A DNA stretch of 64,000 nt from Rhizaria sp. SCN 62-66 (taxonomy: Eukaryota): assembly GCA_001724265.1 (NCBI GenBank), contig MEDY01000004.1, positions 1-64,000 of the forward strand, written 5' to 3'. Below are positions 58,301 through 64,000 of this stretch, one piece after another; position 1 is the first letter of the stretch, and each line of letters opens with the position of its first letter. A program made the position numbers and the translations under genes. Under the pieces are notes generated by a model. It was not told where the DNA came from. It worked only from the letters and a program-made list of their open reading frames with translations, and did not search any database.

Positions 58301-60699
58301 CCTTTGACATGCCCAGAGACGCGCCGCGTGCTGCCGTCGCGTCTTCTTATGCCTGCACCTAACACAAACCATCTGTTGTCACAATTGGGCTTGACGCCCG
58401 CGGCTGCAGCAGCGTTACCCGCCACAGCTGCGCCCAGTGTGGGTTCGCGCGTGCTTAGTTCGACGCACGCACCCGTCCGCGCCGCGCTGGGACTGCGGCC
58501 CGCACCCACAAATGGCGAGTACGACGGTGCTGTGCTGCCTTCACGGCGCCGCACTGGCGCAGCACTGCCTCCGATTCGCGCGCCTGCGACCTCGGCACTG
58601 GTGTTTGACGTACGGTCGCAGGTGACGCAGCCGCTGCTGCCCGTGGACGCTCTGCTGCGTGGTGCGCGCGCGATGCGGCCGCTCTCGCCGTTGGCCCCGA
58701 TTGCCGTGCAGAGCCAGGCTGGCACTTCATCACTTGGCCATGCGCTGATCGACGCCGGACTGGTGGATATGCCATTGGTGTCCGCCCACAGCTGCACAAT
58801 TGCTGACTTGCTGCTAGAGCCTTTCGTGGGTCCCGCGGGTGGCGCGCACCCGCTGCCCACGCGCGCATTCACGGCCGCTGCGCTGCGCGAATTCACTGCT
58901 GCCACGCTTCTGCCCGCCGCGGGCGCTGCTGCGCTAGACGTGGCCGTCGCCGCGGTCGGTGCGCGCGCGCTGCGTGTCTCGCGCGTGCGCCCCGACTGGC
59001 TCATTGTCGGTCCCTCTGTTGTGCGAGACGCGAACCGCCACGCATGGACGCCTCCTGCGGCGACTGGCGCCGGCACAGGCAACTCCAACTCAAGCGGCGC
59101 CTTGCCGATTGGCTATACTTCGCGACCACCGCCGCTGTGGGTGCGCTGGCAGGGTGCACAGCCGCGGTCGCGCGTTGAACTCCAATCGCGTCTCACTGCG
59201 ACGACAGCAAAGACAGCTGCTGTGCGCGTGTCTGCGCTACCCATTGCGGTGCCGCCGCGCGCAACATTCCCGCACACTATGTTGCCACTGGACCGCGTCT
59301 CGCCCGCGCTGCCCGCGCTTGCTGGCGGCGCTCACACGCATGCTGGACTCGGCACTGAAGCTGAAGACAGCTACGGCGCGGTTGCTGCGACCACGGGGTC
59401 TATTGCACTCTGGAGTGCCGCTCCCTCTGTCAACTACCCCGGTATCACTGACGCGCACAATGACTCAGTACGTCCACATTTGACTTCATTCGATACTATG
59501 CTAATGATTTAACTCAGTTCTTCCTTTTTTTATTGTACTCATTTTCTTGTATTGTCTATCTTCCTATTTAGCTTCTTGTTCCAGAGACCACCGGTGCTAT
59601 TGCGCTCGCCCCGCACTTCCTGGCTGTGCGTTCGACGATGTCTGCGACTGCAGACACGATCAACAGCGACCTAGGTGCGGCCGTGTACGGTGCGTCAACC
59701 AAGACGCTGCGTTTTGCGCCGCCCGCACCTATCGCTGACGCGTTCACTCTTATGCAGCCTGCACTGGCAGGCTTTGCGCCTGTCGCCACAGGCGCCTCAC
59801 TGTCCGGCACCGAGTCTGACAGTGGTGGCTTCTCTTCACCCGCATTTGGCAGCAATGGGGGAAGCGGTGGAGGTGCGCAGACTCGCGGTGGGCGGACGTC
59901 AATCTCGATCCCGACGCTGTTCGTGCCGTTGCTTGCGAGTGACCAGACCGGTGGTCTCTTCAACCCGCGCTCCCTGTACTACGCACAGGCGCTATTTCAT
60001 CGCTGTCTCTCGCGCGTTGACGCGCGCGCCCGTGCGCAGCTGCTCAAGCGCGGGCACCCCGAGTCCGCGACGCCCGCGGCCGACATGGCGCTCGATGCCG
60101 CGGACTGGTCGCCGCTGCTGGCGACGCTGGCGCAGATGGAGGCCTTGTACCTTGCTGCTCTGACGTCGCCGTATCTGGCCGGCGTGCTCACCACGCAGAC
60201 CACGCTGGCGACGTCGACCGCCGCCTCGGCTGCGGGCACCGGCGGCTCCAACGCAGCTTCAGTAGCGCACGCGCAGGCGACGGGCGGGCCGAACCCCTCG
60301 GGCCAGGGCGCGAGCTCGCTTGTGGCGGGCAGCGCGGTGAGCTCGGCGACGTCGAAGCGCCTTGCATACAGTCTGCTGCTGCACACGCTGGGCGATACGA
60401 GCGCGCGCAGGCGGCCCGGTGATCTTGTCTTTGAGGACGACACAACCTCGCCGCTGGCGCTGCGCGCCGTGCGTGCTCGCCCGCGTGTGCTGCCTCGTGT
60501 TGCCCCTGCACCAAAGTCCGGCGACGGACAGTCGCACGGCAAGCGGGCCCCGCCGGGCACTGTGCAACCCGTGCGGCACGCTGTGCGCGTACTCTTACGC
60601 ACGTTGGTTGAGTCCGAGGACCTCAGTCTGCTGTTTGAGATCACGCCGCTCTTCCGCCGCATCTGTCTCACTGCCGGCATCACCGCAGGTCTCGTGTAA
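55356..60699 (+). CDS. ~1671-aa putative mitochondrial protein containing a bacterial-type RNase P protein (RnpA) domain
   Basis: Exons 55356-55829, 55937-56425, 56543-59467, 59572-60699, all phase 0 and in frame. Presequence-like N-terminus; VLQQGVRFESPSFSLIL…FAITPSKTLISRRAVDRNKVRRRL…CDLVLLAK…L..EL follows the RnpA order, including the RNR motif. Confidence 0.8.
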
Positions 60700-60853
60700 G
60701 AAGTGTAAATCATGAATCAGATTTTTTATTATTGCACAGTGATGTGCGCAAATGAAAAGGAATTGAATGCTGTCTAGTTAATTTAAGCGCTATATAGAAT
60801 GAAGTCTTTAGGTAACGAATACAGGTCGTATACTTTGCTTTGCTCGTTTTTTG

Positions 60854-63582
60854 TCACTTCTTAGCAACCATGTTGCTGGCGTAACGCGCACCGGGCTGTG
60901 GTGAAATAATCTGCACAATCTGCGCGAGTGTAGCACGGGCGCGGGCAGCCCGCAGCAGGCTTTGTGCGAGGGTGAAATGGTGCGCTGCGCGTTTATTTGT
61001 CGCGCGTGCAATGTGTTCGATCTCGGCGCCCGCGTTGTGGTGCGCGACGGCCAGCAAGCGCACAAGCGTCTCCAACTCCGCCGGACGCAGTGTCGGCGAC
61101 AGCCGCTCGCCACGCAGCGCCAGGCCCCTTGACAGCGCGCGGCACATGCGCTCACCCCAGTCGGCGGGTTCCGCTCTCGTATTGGGAGGTGCAGCGTGCG
61201 CAGCCGGCGTCTTTGTTGCCAATAGGCGAGCAGTGATTAGCGTGATGGCCGACGCTGCGTGATCGCAAGCAAGGCGGTGCCTGTAGGATATGCGAAATGG
61301 AAGAATGAATACATAATTGTGAGATGAACAAGAGAGAAATACATGTGATTGTACTGAAGCAGAGTTAAAAACCAATCGACGTACTTGGCTTGCCTCGAAA
61401 GTAGAGCGGCAATGTTTGCGTGGCATTGTGCACGGCCAGCGGCGCTTACGGAAGCGGCAAGCAAATGCACGGTCGCTGCTTCCACAACATTGCCTCCAAG
61501 CGTGTACACGGCCGTGGCAGCGGCGCTCGCGTCTGGGTCGGGCTCGGCGCACGCCGCCGCCGCCTCGGCCGCGGGTCGCAGGTGCGCGAGCAGTTCCGCC
61601 TCGGCCCATGCGGGCGTCAACAGCGCCGCCGTATCCTCGTGCAGCGCGCGCCCCAACGCAGTCAACGCGCAGTGCGCATCCCGCTCAGTCTGCGCCGCGT
61701 CATTCGCCTCTAAGCTAGCGCGGACGCGTGCAGCTGCGGCGCACTCGTAGGCCTCGCCGGCGGCGCGGAGTGCCGCCGCAAATGCCTCAAGCGCTGCCCG
61801 CGCGCGCACATCAGCCGCGGCCGCGCCGCCGGGCGCCTCGACGGCGACCTGGCCGGCCGTGCGGTGCGCCGAGGCGCGCGCGGCGACCAGCAGCGCCGCC
61901 CAAGCGGGTTCGGTGGGCCGCGGCGTGGCGTCGAGCAGCGCCACCGCGCGCGCAGCAAGCGCCTCCGCGCGCGCGTGCCTCTCCGCCGCCGTGCCGCCGC
62001 CCACGCTCGAGGCGTCCACGCCAATAGCGTCCACGGCGCACACGCACAGGTGCAGCGCAACCCCAACGGCGCTCGCTGCCGCGGCCCGATGCGCCGCGCG
62101 AAGACCGGCGGCAACGGGCCGCTCTGCGAGAGGCGCGAAGGCGGCTTCGTCCTCGCCGTCGTCGGCGGGCGCGCGCAGGCGGCGCAGAGCAGCGGACAGC
62201 GCGGAGGCGAGCGAGACCGCGGCCGCATGCGCGCGGACGGCCAGCCCCAGCAGCGCCGCAGTGCTGACAGAGCCAGCAGTGGAGGACGCGGTGGCCCGCG
62301 AGTCGGCAGCAAGCTTCGCGCAGAGCGCGTTCACAACGCCCACCTCGGCGGCCGCGGCGAGTGGCACCCACACGACGCGCACGGGCGACACGGCCCACGC
62401 CGCTGTGGCGGCAGCCGTGGCCGCGGCAGCGGCGGCGGCGGGGCCAAAAGGGCGCAGCACGGCAGGCGCGTCCGCGGGCCCGTTGCGGCGGCCGGGCAGT
62501 GCAAAGCCCTCTTCATTGTCGTCGCCGCCACTGATGGCGCTGCCGTCGTAGTGGTCTCCAGCAAACTCGGGCTGAGGTATGGTCCTGCTGCGCGCATCAG
62601 CGTCTTCAGCTGTACGTGTGTCGTAGGTGTAGTTGTGCTCGTAATCGTTGACTTCACCATGATCAGCTGGGCTGTCATAGGCCACGCCCCTGTGTGTCGC
62701 GTGCGCCGCGGTGCCGTGCGTCTCATTATCGTGCGCCGCGGTGCCATGTGCCGCGGTGCCAGGCGCTGCACCGTAAAGCGCCGCAGCCGCCGTGGGCGTG
62801 TCGGCAACCTGTGTGCTGCGCGGGCGCGGGGCCACGCCAGACGCATATACTGAGCCTGAGACTGGAGCTGCGGCGGAGTCTGTGGCTGAGGGGGGCGTGA
62901 CCAGGATCGTCACCGGCGGGCCCCACTGCGCGCGCCGCGCGCGGGGCGGGCTGCGCGAGCTCGTGGCCCCAGCCCGGCTGCCGCTGTTGAAGTCCGGCTG
63001 CGCCCGCGACGGACTCAGCGGCACACCGCGCTGCGTTGCCGTCGAGGATGAAAGTACGGCTGCTATCGCAGGGGAGGAGGGGTCTGTGAGAGGCTTCGTA
63101 GGGCTGCGACGCGCGGCTGCTGATGAGACGCGCGCGAGCACTTGCGCGGCCTCCTGCGAGGCGAAGAACGAACTCGACAGCGGGGCCGACTCCAAATCGG
63201 CGTCAGCGTCAGCATCAGCGACAACGATCGCGTTTGCAGTGGGTTCGCGGCCAGCAGCAGAGACGCCGTGCTCGAGCGCAAAGAGGTCTGAGACCGCGAA
63301 GGGGGCCGTTCGGGACCGAGAGCGCAAGGGCGTGCAACGAATTGGTGCGCGTACGGGCGCAGGGGCGGGCGCGTGTGCGGGCGGCGCAGGCTCATCCTCC
63401 GGTGGCGGCGTTGGGGGCAGCACTGGCGGGCGAGTAACCGTTGGCGCTAGGGAGCGCTTCAGAGGCACCTGCGGGTCGTCGAAGCCAGGGTAGGTCGCGT
63501 AGCTCTTCTTGGTGGAGTAGTTAAGCTCTTCTGCCAGAGCGTCGAGCTCACTCTCCTGCTCTGGTTGCAGGACGCGGCTCAT
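60854..63582 (-). CDS. TPR-like helical repeat protein with disordered N-terminus, ~874 aa
   Basis: Exons 63582-61385 and 61280-60854; AQCHANIAALLSRQAKHRLACDHAASA and LAVAHHNAGAEIEH…AAHHFTLA are TPR-like helices. Confidence 0.7.
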
Positions 63583-64000
63583 CGGGGTACTAAGGTGCGT
63601 CCCACCTAGGGGTGCGATTCAAGCAGTCAACTCACTGTGCAATGAAAATACCAAAACGACGATGAGAATGGCATTTGGCGTAATATAATTTATGAGTTAT
63701 AGTTAAAGTGTATATTTGATTTTGGTTTAGTTATACTGCGCGCATCTTGCGGACTTAACACCAGCATCTACCTATCCAAAGATTCGTGAAGTTCGTCCGC
63801 CACAACTCGACTCTTCGCTCTACGACCACATTTAAAGACATTATGAGCTGCGATGAAGGCGCTTGTATGTTGGATCGTGCCACTGTGCTGTAGTTGGTGT
63901 TAGTTGCCTGAATATGCGGGTTCCTACTTGCCTCGCTAAGCACAACGCACTACAGATACGGATGAAGATTTGTTGGTCTCGATGCCCCGCTTCTTAAGTC

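Noticed and set aside
1-64000. Ciliate-type code (TAA and TAG both Gln); CRISPR arrays, tRNA/rRNA, intact transposons
   Set aside because: TAA clearly terminates conserved genes (eIF1A, TatD, lamin after CaaX). No repeat-spacer arrays, cloverleaves, rRNA motifs, transposase/RT motifs or terminal repeats were seen.

Overview
Gene-dense nuclear DNA of a eukaryote, probably a flagellated protist. It has GC-rich exons, short AT-rich GT-AG introns (about 100-220 nt) and short intergenic spacers. About 22 protein-coding genes can be modelled. Recognisable ones are RPS6 (partial), frataxin, eIF1A, an APC13-like microprotein, a 2225-aa POP1, an ankyrin-CaaX protein, PUM3/Puf6, DPH5, a CFAP97-like protein, TatD, a Ser/Thr kinase, a SHIPPO-repeat protein, a complete lamin, ATG3, UPF1 and a TPR protein; several others are orphans. 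The four most striking observations are: (1) a nuclear, 4-exon, apparently mitochondrion-targeted ~1670-aa protein carrying a bacterial-type RNase P protein (RnpA) core, implying an RNA-based mitochondrial RNase P with a giant protein subunit; (2) an in-frame TAG in the kinase, while none of the 20 assignable stops is TAG; (3) a canonical lamin; (4) a GTACGT-dominated 5' splice site with no +4 A. No tRNA, rRNA, CRISPR array or intact transposon was recognised. All family calls come from motif recognition by eye, not from database searches.
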